Assembly: GCA_028534125.1 (NCBI GenBank)
Contig: CM052851.1
Span: forward strand, 4,650,001-4,714,000
Source of the DNA: Lama glama
Lineage: Eukaryota
Direction: 5' to 3'
DNA length: 64,000 bases
In this document: positions 34,230-49,728 of the stretch, one piece after another
Numbering within the stretch: the stretch's first letter is position 1
How the letters are laid out: every line of letters starts with the position of its first letter
Notes under the pieces: model-generated
What the model saw: the letters and a program-made list of their open reading frames with translations, nothing else
The model's database searches: none
What the model was told of the DNA's origin: nothing
Translations under genes and position numbers: made by a program

Positions 34230-34700
34230 GGGGGCGCGCTGGGTCCCCGCCTGTGTGTGCGCATGGTGGGGTGGGCGTTGCAGGTAGTGTCGCGGGTCCC
34301 GCTGAGGGGCGCGGGCGCTTAAAGTCCCTGTCCCCGCGGTCCCTGCCCCAGAGTCCCCTCCCTGGCTCTCCCCGGGGCGCAGGCAGCAGCCGGGGTACCT
34401 GGCGGGCGGCAGCGGCTTGGCGGGGCTCGGTGGGGCTCGGCGGGGCTCGGCGGGCGGCGCGGACCCGGCGGAACACGGAGGCGGCGGCACAGCGCCGGGT
34501 CGAGGCGGCGCCGCTTTATATAGAAGCGCCCGGGGCATGCCCAGTGCCGGGCGGGGGCGGCGCGGGGCGGAGGGGCCACTGCCTGTCCGCCAGGGGACCT
34601 GCCCCGCCCCTCCCGCCAAAACCTCCGCCACTCATCCCGAACCTGGGGTCCTGGGGCTGGCGGCCCTACACGGCCAGAGGTAGGGCGCCGTAGGGGCCAG
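34230..34700 (-). promoter_or_regulatory. CARNS1 CpG-island promoter with TATA box and non-coding exon 1 (about 34399-34490)
   Basis: TATATAAA on the - strand at 34515-34522, upstream GC boxes at 34554-34610, donor CAG|GTACC at 34399/34398, (GGYGGGGCTC)x3 tandem at 34419-34448 in the 5'UTR. Confidence 0.75.
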
Positions 34701-36076
34701 GGAGAGAGAGACAGGGGACCTTCAGAGACACACGAAGTCAAACAGAAGACCAGAGATCCTCAGAGAAGGTCACAGACCTAGGGCCGTGGGAAAGACAAGA
34801 CAGGACAGAGGGTAGGGGAAAGAGAGACCCATAATGGAAAAGAGATGGAAGAGGGGGGAGGGGAGAGCTGGAGCCGGCAGAGACTGGTACCCGGGCTTGC
34901 CATTGGGGGTGGGGTGGCCAGGAGAGTGGCTGGGGCACACAGTCTGGAGCTCTGCCCTTGGATGGAGTCCTGAGCTCCCCAGCACACACTGCAGCGGCTG
35001 TCCACCCACCAGCCCTTTGCCCTATGGCGGGGAGCTCTCCCAGAATGGCACCTTCGGCAGGCAAACCTGTAGGTCTGTGGGTGGTCCCCTCCTCACCTCT
35101 TCTGGCTCCTACAAGAGTAGTGACCACTGGGTAAGATACCCCCACAAGAGCAGTCCCAGTTCCTTGAAATACCCCCTGCCCTGCAGGGAGCCAAGAGGGA
35201 AGGGGGTGGTCAGGCTGGGAGTTCCAGTGGGAAAAGAAGTGGGGTGTCTGCAACATCTGCCCTGCCCATCCACATCCAGGTCAGCTGGACACCCACAGTT
35301 ACACCCACAATCTCTCCAAGACACACATCCTTATCCCCAGGTGCACCCACTCAAATATGCAGACCTCAAGAGATCTGGCTGACAACCACAAATTCACCCC
35401 AAGAAACACACCCAGAGACTCACATCTGCTCCTCAAGTATGTCCCACTAGGGAGGTGCCAATCCGAGCTCCAGGTTTGGGACCTGGGCACCTCTCCTTAC
35501 TGGTCTGAACCTCACTTTCCTCCTGCCTAAGATAGGGCTACTTATCATCTCGACTGTGTTGAGGATTATCACAACATCCTGCACCCAGCACATATAGGCT
35601 ATTGTTAGAATTCTTCTACCTTATCCCCACAAACTCAGGCTTTCTTTCCAGAGACCCCTTGGCCATTTCCGAGAGCCTCCTGGGCTGGGGGAGGGTACTG
35701 ATAGCCCCACAGCACTTGTGCAGGCAAAGGTGGCTGCTCTGGGCCTTTTCAACAACTATATACAGAGCAGCCTGTGAGGATCCACTCCTGTCTACCAGTG
35801 AAGCTACTCAGAGGGGAGAAGTGAATTATTCAGGGCCCCCCAGCCCAGCCCGCATTCCCCACACAGCTTTCGAGGGCTGCTCTGGGCTCCCCAGCTCCAG
35901 ATCCATGTGACCCCCCTCCCTGTGGCCAGCCCAGGCTCCTGGAATGAGGCAAATCCACCCTAGAAGATCCATTGCATGATTGCGTGGGTAACCTGAGCTC
36001 CAGGGCCATCCCACCGGAGGGCGCAGGGTTGGGGCATGGATGTCATGAAAGAGCATGAGCTTTGACACTTAACAAG

Positions 36077-36466
36077 TGTTAAAAACCAAAATTCAACTGA
36101 GTAGATTTTAAAGATCTTATTGGGTTTATTCAATGATTTATGAATTGGGCAGCATCCAATCGAGCAGCTAGAAAGGAGCTCCAAGGAGCTGTGCAAAATG
36201 AAAGACTTTTATAGCCAGAATGCAGCAGACACAAAGAAAAGAACTTATGTGAAAAAGAGGGTTGGTTTCTGCAAGGTCGCTTTTCTTTAGGGGATGGCAG
36301 GGATCTATCAGGCAGATGATCCCACTAGTGCTGGTCAGGCCATTCCTGATTGACTGGTTCAAGATACTATTCCCAGGAGAGCTGAAATTGTAATTAAGTC
36401 TTGGTTTGGTGATGTGGGGCTGAGCATAAGTGACTCCATTTTGGGCCTGTTGTCTTATTTTTAATC
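36077..36466 (-). mobile_element. Solo ERV1-class LTR (MER34/MER39-like)
   Basis: On the - strand it begins ...AGGCCCAAAATGGAGTCACTTATGC, has TATAAAA (36213-36207) and AATAAA (36130-36125), ends TTTTTAACA; 4-bp flanking duplication CAAG (36073-36076 and 36467-36470). Confidence 0.8.
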
Positions 36467-39179
36467 CAAGCAATGTAGCATCTATGGACTCAGTTTTCTC
36501 ATCCTCAAATGGGGGTTATAATGCATACTTTAGCTCAGGCTTGGCTGGGCAGGGTGTGCCTGGTAGAAGGTAAGCACTTGGTAGCCACGTCAGCAAGCAT
36601 TTCTTGACTTGTCCCTGGTACCTGCAGAGGGCTTCAGTGAGATACACTTACCCCTGTGAGGTAACAGTTATGAGTCTCTACCTTTTACAAATGAGGAAAT
36701 CAAGGCTCAGAGAGGTGATGTGATTTGCTCAAGGCCACACAGCTGATGAGAGGCAGGGTTGGGGTCTTCCCTCTGCCAGAGTGTGTGCGTATGTGCATGG
36801 AGAGCAGTGTGGTTCTGTGCTCACTCCCAGACCGCCCTGGCTGGGCACTGGCTGTGATGACACCAGCTGCCCAGCTCAAATGAACAATAATTATCGTAAT
36901 AATGAGACTGGTAGAGCGCTCTTGGGGCCAGGGTAGGAACTGCTATTATCCTATTATCTGTAGGAGAAGATTGAGGTTCAGAGTGAGAGACCCTTTCCCA
37001 TTCAGAGACTTTACAGGGAGTCCAAGCCTAGCCTCTGGCTAGTGTTGGGGGTGAGTGGCTGTCAGGATGCAGACCATGCCCTCCAAACCAAGGGGGGTCC
37101 ATTTACCCTTCCACTTCTTTGCTTTCCCCCTACTCCTATCCCCTAAGCTGAGCCAGGCCAATGGACATTGCAGGGTGCCATCCCAGCTTTGGTCCCTGTA
37201 GGCTGATTACTCTCAGGTTCATGCCTTGCCTTCTCTGAGCCCCTTTTCAGGCAGGTTTGTGGGGAGCTGGGGCTGCTAGGTTCACTGAGTATGGTTGTGC
37301 AGATTGCTCACTGCACAAAGGTACCCAGCTGAGTGGTCATGTCCTGTCCCTTCTGCTATGCATATGGCTGGAGGGAGGCATCTTTTCCCAACTAGTGCAC
37401 AGGTGCCTTAGGGGCTAGCTCAGCCCTGTGGGAACAGAGAGAGTTAAAAAGTTTGCACAAGGAAGGAGCTGATCCCCCTCTGGAGCCCTAGGGCTCGGGC
37501 TCCCCAGGGAGATGGTTGATAACAGAACCTGCCGAAGGACTACCCAGGAAATGCTTCCCTGAAAGACAAGGCAGTGATTCAACCCTAGCTGGAGGGGTCC
37601 TGCTGGAGATAACCTGCCCCTAGGGTCTATATCCAGGGGAAACCGCTGCTACCATGGCCTCTCTCCAGACTCAGGATGGATTCTTGGCCCCGGGGCCAAG
37701 GCTGCTGCTTTCCTGCTCCCCAGCTTCCCAGCAAAATAGCTGAGAGTTCACGGGTGGACTCCCTGAAGTTTCCTGCATCCTTCCTGCTACAACACCTGAG
37801 ATTCCATTAAACACCCTCTCTCAGCCACAGGCATGGGCTGGTGGGCTGTGCCTTCAGTGTGTTCCCAGGCTGTGTGCTCAACCTGGCCACTTGCCCCTTT
37901 CTCTAATGAGGCCATCGATGCCACCTGCAGAGAGAGGGTGTCTGGGGTGAAGTGAGGAGGGGGTCTGAGGAAGGGTTCCAGGAGAGTGTGCTATTATTAA
38001 GCTGCAAGTACCCTAGTGGCGTGGGGAGGAGGGTGGGAGGGCTCAGGAAGTTCTATTCAACTCACAGGACACTCAGAGCGGCTGGAACGCCAGTTGGGGC
38101 AAGGCTTGGGGAGTGGGTGGGAGCAGGAGAGAGAGCACCCCTAGGAGGACAGACGGAGGTGGATGCCAGGTTGATGGCTGTTGATGTGGTGTGGGGGTAA
38201 ACCTTAGGTCTGCCATGGGCAGCAAGGCTTTGGCCAAGTTGTGTCCCCTCCTGAGCCTCTTTCCCCCAGGCAAACTTCAGTCTGGCTGCGCGCTTCCGTG
38301 AGTCCCTCCTCCAGGCCATAAGCTCCTTGGGAGTGGGATGGTCTGCCCCAGAGCCAGGGCCTGGCCAGTCACACAGTCAAGGCCACAAGATTGTATGTAG
38401 AGTGAGTGTATTTCTGGAGCCTTTGGTCCTGTCACTAGACCATCTTGAATCAGGGGTCTGACAGGTGTCAGTGTTCTAATACAGCCACTGAGACAGTCAG
38501 ATCAAGCCCTCTGCCATTTAAGCAGACTGCAGACACTTTCTCCGTGTACTCCCAAGTCCTGCCATGCCGCCAACCCTCCATCCTTCTAGGGAGGGCACCC
38601 AAGGAGGCAGGGAGGAATGAGCCCTGCAGGGACACAAGCCTGCATCGGAACCAGCCCCGTTGTCCTGGCAATGGCTCCTGTCCCAGGCACCCAAGGCACC
38701 CCTGGGGGCAATTAGCGAGTGTGGGAGGGGGTTTCCATGGTGGCAGTCTCGAGGGGTGCGGCCTGGGCTTAGGGCGGGGGCAAAGGCCGGCAGGCCCTTT
38801 CTCCTTTGTCCAGGCACACTAGGCCTTTGTTCTCGCCTGGCTCTCTGAGGACCAGACCAGGACTATGGGTAGGGGTCTTGAACCAGCAGAGGAGTAAGCA
38901 AAATAAGGAACAGAGCCCCACTTCTAGGCCCAGCAACCACTTGGGGAGCCCTCCTCCCACTGGTACAGGAGCTTTATCTGCCCCCAAGAGGCAGGGCAAG
39001 GCACTTCCTATTGGTTCCTGCCGCTGGTAAACACCTTCCAGTAGCCAATGGGCAGCCTCATTGTGCCCTTGGGAGCCAGGGATGGACTAGGAGAGGTGGG
39101 CTGTGAGGGGAAGTAGCAGCTGGTCTAGGGTGGGGATAGGGGGCATTCGATCCAACTCCATACAGGCTTCCACTCAGAC

Positions 39180-39185
39180 TTTATT
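39180..39185 (-). terminator. TBC1D10C polyadenylation signal
   Basis: TTTATT on + strand about 300 nt past the stop codon. Confidence 0.7.
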
Positions 39186-39484
39186 CCAGGCCTCCCCAGG
39201 GGCCTTTCAGGCTCCCCTCGCCCAGCCCACACCTTACCCCCATGCTCCTTCAAGCACCAGCTTTTTGCTTGCAAAGGCTCAGGCATCCGGACAGCTCTGT
39301 GGGCAGACGGTGGGCCAGGGTCCCTGAAACCTCACTCTGTGACCTTCCTTCATCCTCGTGCCTGACAGAGTCCCTGAGAAGGGAGCTGAGGCATCGAATC
39401 CCAGCTGTAAAGTGCGGCGCCCACTTCGGGGCTGGCATCATCCATTTTGGCAGTTGGGTTGGGGGACACTGAGTCCGTGGTCCT

Positions 39485-42400
39485 TCAGAATCGGGTGTCC
39501 AGGAAGGAGGTCGAGCCGCGATGGGACCTTGAGGGGCTCTCAATAGGGGGGCCCCTGGGCCGAGTCAGCAGCCCGTGGAAAGTCTTTCCTCGGGTCTGGG
39601 GCTTGCGCCGAGGCGGCCTGGGCTCTTCCGGGGGCTGCACCACGATGCGGGGCACCTCGGGCCTAGTGCCTCCCCGAGTTACTGCCAGCTGCTGGGCCTC
39701 AAAGATGGCTTGGGCCCCAGGCAGGCGGGCCTGCGGCCTCGGGGGTGGCCCGGATGCCGTCGCAGGCAGCTGAGCTAGCTGGGCCTTGATCTCCCGTTGC
39801 AGGTCATGTTCGGACAGGGCCACGCTGTGCACCTGTGGGAAGCGGTCGGTACTGAGTCTACCTGGCCTAGGGGAGGGCAGGAAACGATGAGGTCTCTGGG
39901 GGGCGGGCAGTACACAGCCCCAGGAAGTGGCTGAGGGGCTGACAGACTCGCTAAGGGAGTCACAGAAAGCCACTTGAGGCCTGAGGACAGAAAGCAAGTC
40001 CCAGTTCTTACTCTGACTTCCTGCTCCGGACTCAGTTTCCCCAACTGTGCAGCAGTGGTTGGGCCACTGCAGAAGGACAGGGAGGGGGCACCAACCTGGG
40101 GCATGAAGACCTCCTCCTGTAGCTGGGTGGGCGGTATGGCTCGAAGGGCGCCAAGTGTCTCCAGGAGTCCTGGGCAGGCCAGGCGCTGTTCAGCAGTGCC
40201 CAGCGCCAGGCGCACCAGCGTCAGCCCCACCCGGAACAGCACCTTCACACCTGCAGGCCGGGGGCTCATTCAGTGGGGGCCAGTCCTGCCCTTCCTTGGT
40301 CTGCATCTGAACTTACCCTCAGCCAGACTCCTTCCCTGCTCCTACAGCTCTTCTGCCAAGACCCAGATCAAGTATGTCTCAGCAACCACAGACACCTCTG
40401 ACCAAAGCAGCCCACCAGGAGCCAGGGGCTACTGACAGGCTCGCACCAAGCCTTCTCATTCTAGGGTTCAGCACCTCATCACTACAGGGAAGGGCTGGGT
40501 GGTGACACAAAGACCTTTCCAGCTGAGATCTGCGACTTGATTCCAGAGAGATTCTAGCCAGAGCTCCTTACCCCTAAGCCAAGAGCACAGTGCACACGTG
40601 TGCACACACATGCACGCACATCGTGTGACCTTGGGCCTGTTCCTGGAGCCTCAGAATCCCTTCCTGGCAGCCTTGGGTCTGCTGAGAAAAGCAGTCAGGG
40701 GACCAGTGAGGCCTAGTGACTTTAAAGAGATAACAGTGACTACTAACGTTCTCACTGTTATAAAAGGGAGCCTGCAGCAGAGAACAAGGGTAGTTCACCA
40801 GCCTGATGGGCCCCACCCCGCCCTCAGGGTCTGAGTCTGCAGGGAAGGACGCGTAGATGGTGACTTGGACACCCGTGGCCAGAGCTCTAAGCTAGCCTGA
40901 AGCCAACTGGGCATACAGCAGATGCTCAACAACGGTATTGATCGATTTCTACCACTTTTTAGGTGCAACCGCTCGACAACCCACATAGAAAAGAATGCAG
41001 GTGGGTTACTGATGGGGGTATCAAGGCGGAGCCCCAAAAACCCAGCGTCCAGCTCAGCTCTGCCCCAACTCCTCCCACTCTTGGCCGGGCTCTGGTATCC
41101 ACCTCTCTCCATGTCTGGACCCCTCAAGTCATCTGTATCCTGGACCCTGTGGACAGTGTCCTTTCCGGCCTCTCAGCCTCCACAACGTCCCTGCCAGTTT
41201 GCCTCTTCCACAGCGCAGCCACAAGCATCTTTAAACAGCACTCGCCTCCTGAAGCTCCCCTACACTCTGGCACATCCTTTGTTTTATTTTCTTCGTGGAA
41301 CTTATGACGATCTATAAATATCTTGTTAATTTGGTTACTGTTGCCTCCCATCCCCACCCCCACCCCCACCAGAATGTAGGTCTCGCTCACTCAAGTGGCC
41401 CTGGCTTCCAGAGAAGCGACTGGGCTCTGTGAATGCTCACCCAGTGCCTGTGAGCTCCATCAGCCATGCCCCGACCGTGCCCAGTCCCTGAGCTGTCCTA
41501 CTGCTGTGATCTCCCCAGCTCCTGCCCTATCTCCTCATGGAAGCCTCCCTGACTTCAGCCTTCCACCAAGTAGATGCTGCCCTCTCTATGGTGGGCTCGT
41601 TGCTGAGAGGGCTAGCATTCATTACATGGGTGGGATGTGGCCTCAGCACACCACGGCACCCATACCAAGGGCCAGGATCGGCAGTGGCGGCGGGGCAGAG
41701 CAGAGTGGGCACGCTCGTTCCCTGGGCCCACCAGGCACCCGAGGCTCCGGGCCCCAGTCCCCCCACCAGTCCCCACCCACCTGGCCGGCCACCCACTCAC
41801 CCTCGCTAAGGAAAGCGTCCCAGACACGCAGCACCGTGGGGAAGGGCAGGGAGCGGGCGAAGAGGCACAGGAACCACTCGGGCAGGTAGAGCAGGGGCCC
41901 GACGCCCACCTGCTGCAGGTGCTTGTGCACGCGCGGGAGCAGCCGCCGCAGCAGGGCCATGAACACCTCAGCGTCCAGCCGCACAGCCTCCTGCAGCCAC
42001 GTCCGTCAGCACCTCCACTCCATTCCCAACCCCCCTGGCTCTGCCCCACCCCTTTCCCCAGGCCCCCACTCGCCCACCCAGACCTCCCTCTGGCCCTGTC
42101 CCAGCCTCTCACCATGTGGGGCCCGTAGTAGCCAGGGAGGTAAACCTCGCAGATCTGTACCAGGCACCAAAAGGCCTCCTGGGGGGTGGGCACAGGTCTT
42201 GAGTACCCACCGTGGAGGAGACCACAGAGGGGACCACTGGGCAGAGGAAAGGGGCAAAGGGGAGGGCCTGGACCCAGTGGTGTCTGGAGTGACCCTGGAG
42301 CCAGGAGCCTGGACTCAGTGCTGGGGTGGGTTAGGAGCCGTTCTTACCAAAAGCTTCCCCTTGCCCAGACAAAGGCCTACCAAGGGATTTGGGGGGTTAG

Positions 42401-44633
42401 AAGTCACAGGGCTCAGGGTGCTGAATTTGAGGGTCACAGGGTTGGTGCTCGCTGGTCAAGGGTCAGGAGGATCCCAAAGTTCAAGTCCTGGGTTCTTGGG
42501 GTCACTGGGGTCAGGGGATCATAGTCACAGGGTTCAGAATCAGGAGTCATGAGATCAAAGTGACAATGTCTAGACTCCTAGATCATTGGGGAAAGGGTCA
42601 GGGATCAGAGTTCCATGTTCCTGGAGTCAAGGCCATTGGGCTCGAAGGTCACTGAGGTTGGGGGTCATGAGGCTGTGGGTCACTAGGACAGGACCTGAGA
42701 GTCAGGGATCACAGGTCCCTGAGGCCAGAGTTCCTGGGGGTGGGGGGTCCGGGTCTTGGGTTGCTCTGGCAGGGCTGAGGGCACTCACCTCTGGGGGCAG
42801 ATGCATGAGCAGCACGGCAGCCACGGGGCCCTGGGCCTGGCAGTAGCCCTGTTCGGGCCGGTACAGGGTGTACACTTTGAGTACCTGCAGGAGCCCCTGC
42901 TGCCTGTGCCAGAAGACCCCTTTAGGGGCCAGTCCTCCAGGCATCCCTTCCCCACCCTCTGGCGACCCCTGTCCAGGCCTCAGTCCCCACACTCCACCCC
43001 AGGGCCTTGCTGGGTCCTCTGAGATGCAAGGATAGAAAGTCAAGGTGAGGGACTAGGCCAAAGAGCCTGAGGGCTGTGGGGCTAGGGGTCCCTGAGCATC
43101 ACTGGCCTCGTACCCGTGACCCTGGGGTGACACAAACATCTCATGCAGAGGGAACTGGCGATGCAGGTCCCTGCCGATGGTTTCCATCCACTGTGGGTCT
43201 CCAGGGGCCTCAGCAAGTTCCTGTGGGTGGGCATGAGGGTGGATGTGAAGGCTCAGGGGAAGGGCCTGGGAAGGGGAGGTGGGACCCCTGCCAGTTCCCT
43301 CACCTGATAAGTGCCAGGGTTGTTCTTCTGACACACGTGGGCCCCACACAACAGGGGCCAGCACCGAGCCCGCAGGGCCGAGGGGATGCCTTTCCGGCAC
43401 TGCATCTTTACCTGTGGGTGAGGCCAAGGGACCCTGTTAGGCCAGCCATGCCAGCTTCCCCAGCTCCTGCTGGCAGGCCCCAAGCACAACCCGTCATTGG
43501 ACAAGAGCCATTTTTAGGTAGGAAGGAGAAAAGGCGTGAGGTGCTGGGACACGGAGGGGAAATTTTGCTGGGGCATGGCCGAGGCAAATGCGGATGAGCC
43601 AAGGAGGCCTGGGTGGGGCCCCTCTTCTCCTCACCTTTTTGTACCGCCGAGACATGGTTTTCTCCCAGTGTGAGGTCATCTCCACCCACTTCATCTCTCT
43701 CTGACGGATAAGGTCTGCAGGAGGGTGACCTGGCCTGGGGGGACATGGCCCAGGCATCCAGACACTGGGCAGCTATTACCTAGAGCCCATATCTGCCACT
43801 CTTAATGTTACCCAGGTGAGCCCAACTCCTGGCCCTGGAGATCTCTGGCAAGCCCTGGGGGCTGGGGGTGGGCAGTGACCTGTCACCCAGGAGTTTCCAG
43901 TGGTTGTCATGGGGACAGGAAAGGATGTGGCTCTGATGTGGGCAGAAGCAGAAAAGACTGAAAGGGGTGTGTAGGTGTGTGTTGGGGGAAGGGCTGGTTG
44001 GCTGTCCCCCAGGATGGGGACACAGTCTACTCACAGGGGAAGTTGGGTAGACAGAGCCCTGGACTAGAAGCCAGGAGTCATGAGTTTGCATCTGATTTTG
44101 TCTCTATTCTGCTGTGTGACCTTCCTATCTGTCTTTGGACTTGTTTTCTTGTCTGTATGCTGGGAAGGGGGAGGATTGTTAGGGGAAGGGGTGTAGGTTC
44201 TTTAATTTGGAGCTGGGATTCCTGGGCCAGAGATTAAAAGGGGAAGAATGTTAGCCCCAAGGGTGGGTGCAAACCCTCAGAGATTGGAAGTAAAAGAGGC
44301 ATATAGGAAACTGCAGCCCTGCCAGACTTAGGATTCTACTTGGAACCTGAGGAAGGGTGACACCAGCTGAGTCCCCAGACCCTCCCAAGACCCTCGAGTT
44401 TGGGCTTCACTCTAGAATTCAGCCCTCAGCCCCCACCCTCTTTCCCAGCACCCCACCCAACCCCATCCCTTCCCCACTTACCCTGGCTCTGCTGAGCTGC
44501 CCCCAATGAAGCCATAGCGGTCAGCCTGGCGGTATGGGCCAGGCCCACTCAGCTCTGAGTCAGATCCCAAAGAGCTGGAGTCATCCTGCAGCTCGCAAGA
44601 CTGCACCAGGTCCTCCCCCAAGGCCTGGGCCAT
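39485..44633 (-). CDS. TBC1D10C: Carabin (Rab35/Ras GAP, calcineurin inhibitor), 9 coding exons, 446 aa
   Basis: Exons 44482-44633, 43635-43734, 43304-43411, 43114-43220, 42789-42903, 42113-42178, 41801-41990, 40096-40250, 39485-39832, sum 1341 nt. TBC motifs [30 protein letters not shown]; PRIVVQ docking-like motif; ...FLDTRF*. Confidence 0.97.
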
Positions 44634-45905
44634 GGTGCCACAGACCCCGGTACCACAGGCTGCAAGATGTCGGCAAAGTCAAAGGAGAGGCAGCTCCTGA
44701 CCAGCCTGGGGCCTGGGCTCCTATCCAGCCAGGCCCTAGCCCCAGGTCAGAGGGGGCAGATTTCAGGGTATCTCACCAAGCCCTTTCTTTTATTGTAGGA
44801 TGATAGTAGGGTAACACCCAGAAGTGGCAGAAAGGCCAGACCCCCTGGACAGAGACCGGGGCCCAGCCCCTGTCCCCACCGCCCAGCTTACCTCCCTGCT
44901 GTATCTCACCTCCTCCTCTCACTTCCTCCTCAGCCACAGCTTCAGCAACCCGCTGGGGGCCCCTCCCAAATGTGTGTGGGGGGTTACCCCTTCCTCTCCC
45001 AGGCTCTTCCGGCCTGACCCAGTGGCCCTGGACTCCTCCCCCCATCCCAGTGGGCTGGGTGGGTACAAGCTTGGGTTCCAGATTTGAGGTTACTGGCACA
45101 TAAGACACTCAATTCAGGGTTCCAATGAGAATTATGGTTTATTTAACGTTTGCTCTTTACAAAGTAGTACTTTTAATATGCACACAAGGCAGCATTACTA
45201 TGCTGCTCAAAAGACAAAAATGAAACACACAAAAAATTAATTTAGTATACACCACAGGCAATGTGGACCAGAATGTGATCAGCGGTCAGCAACAGGTGTC
45301 TGGGTGGTCAGTTGCCCGGGGGCCACAGAGACTCAAGAAGTAGAGATCCTCCGTGAATGTAGCTTTGAGGCCCAGTCTTGGACCAGCCCCTTGCTATCTC
45401 TGAGCCTCCGTTTCCTTTCCTGTACTTCAAGGACTTAATTCGCAGTATTCGGAGAGGTGGTTACCAATGAGCTCACACCACCCTTCTGCCCCCGAAGAAA
45501 GAGAAAAACAACTTCCACAGTACTTCCGGTCCCATACCCTCCGAACAGGGGTGGATGACTCCTCAAGGGCGGGACTAGACTCGACCTCACCCCGCGAAGC
45601 CCCGCCCACTGGGCAGGCTCCGCCCCGGAGTAAAATTCATTCCAAGTCCCGCCCCGCGACCGAAGCTCCGCCTCCCAGGCCTCCGCGGCCGCTGCTCTTG
45701 GCGTCCTGCGGAGGCGCTAGAGCGCTGGGGCAGCGGGCGGGGCGGGGCGGGCGGCCGAGGAGGCGGGGCAGGCGGCCGAGGAGGCGGGGCGGCGGGCCGG
45801 GGCGGGCCAGGGTGGGCGGAAGGAGCGCCAGGCCGGAAGGAGTTAGAGGGAGGGCGGGAGGCAGGAGCGGGCCCGGAGCTGCTGGGCCAGAGCGGCGGCG
45901 CCGCC

Positions 45906-48763
<2,858 letters not shown>

Positions 48764-49077
48764 CCTCCATGTGCCCGCCCTCTGCCGATGGTGGATTGTA
48801 CAGAAATCACATGGCTATAGAGGGGTCACGCTGGCCCCCCCAGGCCCACCTGTCACAGGGAACACGGAGCCTCGGTGTATTTTTTCTTTTTTTTTATGAA
48901 TCAATAGCAGCATCCAATCCCCCACGGCTCTCTCTGCCTGTCTCGACAGTGGCTGCAGGCAGGATCCTGGGGCTGAGGCTGCAGCTCAGGGCAAAGCAGG
49001 GCCAGATTGTGGGTCTCCGGCCTTGTTTGGCCTCAGGGCTGGCAGCCGGATCCTGGGGCAACCCATCTGGTCTCTTG

Positions 49078-49083
49078 AATAAA
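49078..49083 (+). terminator. PPP1CA polyadenylation signal
   Basis: AATAAA about 315 nt after the stop codon. Confidence 0.85.
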
Positions 49084-49728
49084 GGTCAAAGCTGGATTCT
49101 CACCATGGCCTCTGTGTCCCTTGTCCCAAACACTGGGCCTGGCAATCCTTCTGCCCAGAGCCACTTGGAGGCTTGCTGGGCATGGGGCACCAGCCAGGGA
49201 AACTCCAGCCACACACTCAGGTCCACAGGGGCCCCTGGAATTCCAAGCCAAGGCCAGAGAGTATTGGAAAAGCAAGCAAAAGTATCTGTGCCAGCCACAG
49301 GGGTTTCCCGAGGTGTGCCCAGGATTTGAGGAAGGGACAGGTCATGATTAGCAGAGAAAATGAATCAGCAGGGGCCTGAAGCCCCACTGTGATTTTTTTT
49401 TTTCCCCTTAGGGAGGTGGGCTTAGAGGACAGGCTCTAGCCCTGGCCATACACCTGGCTGGATTAAGAGGTGAGGGACCTCCTGGCAGGTGGCAGCTCAA
49501 CACGGAGCCTGGGAACAGACATGACTTGGGGCCAGAGGGAAATGACAGGACCCCGGCCAGTCACAGACAGCCAGGCAGGGCCTGGGGGAGGCTGCAGGAC
49601 CAGCCAGCTCAGCTCCAGCACAGCCCACCTTTGCCACCCACCCAGGAGGAGAGCTGGCCCTGTCCCTGCTGGCACTGGGGAGAGGCGGAGGCTGGGGCTG
49701 CATCTAGTCCAGTCCTCCCAACACAGAT

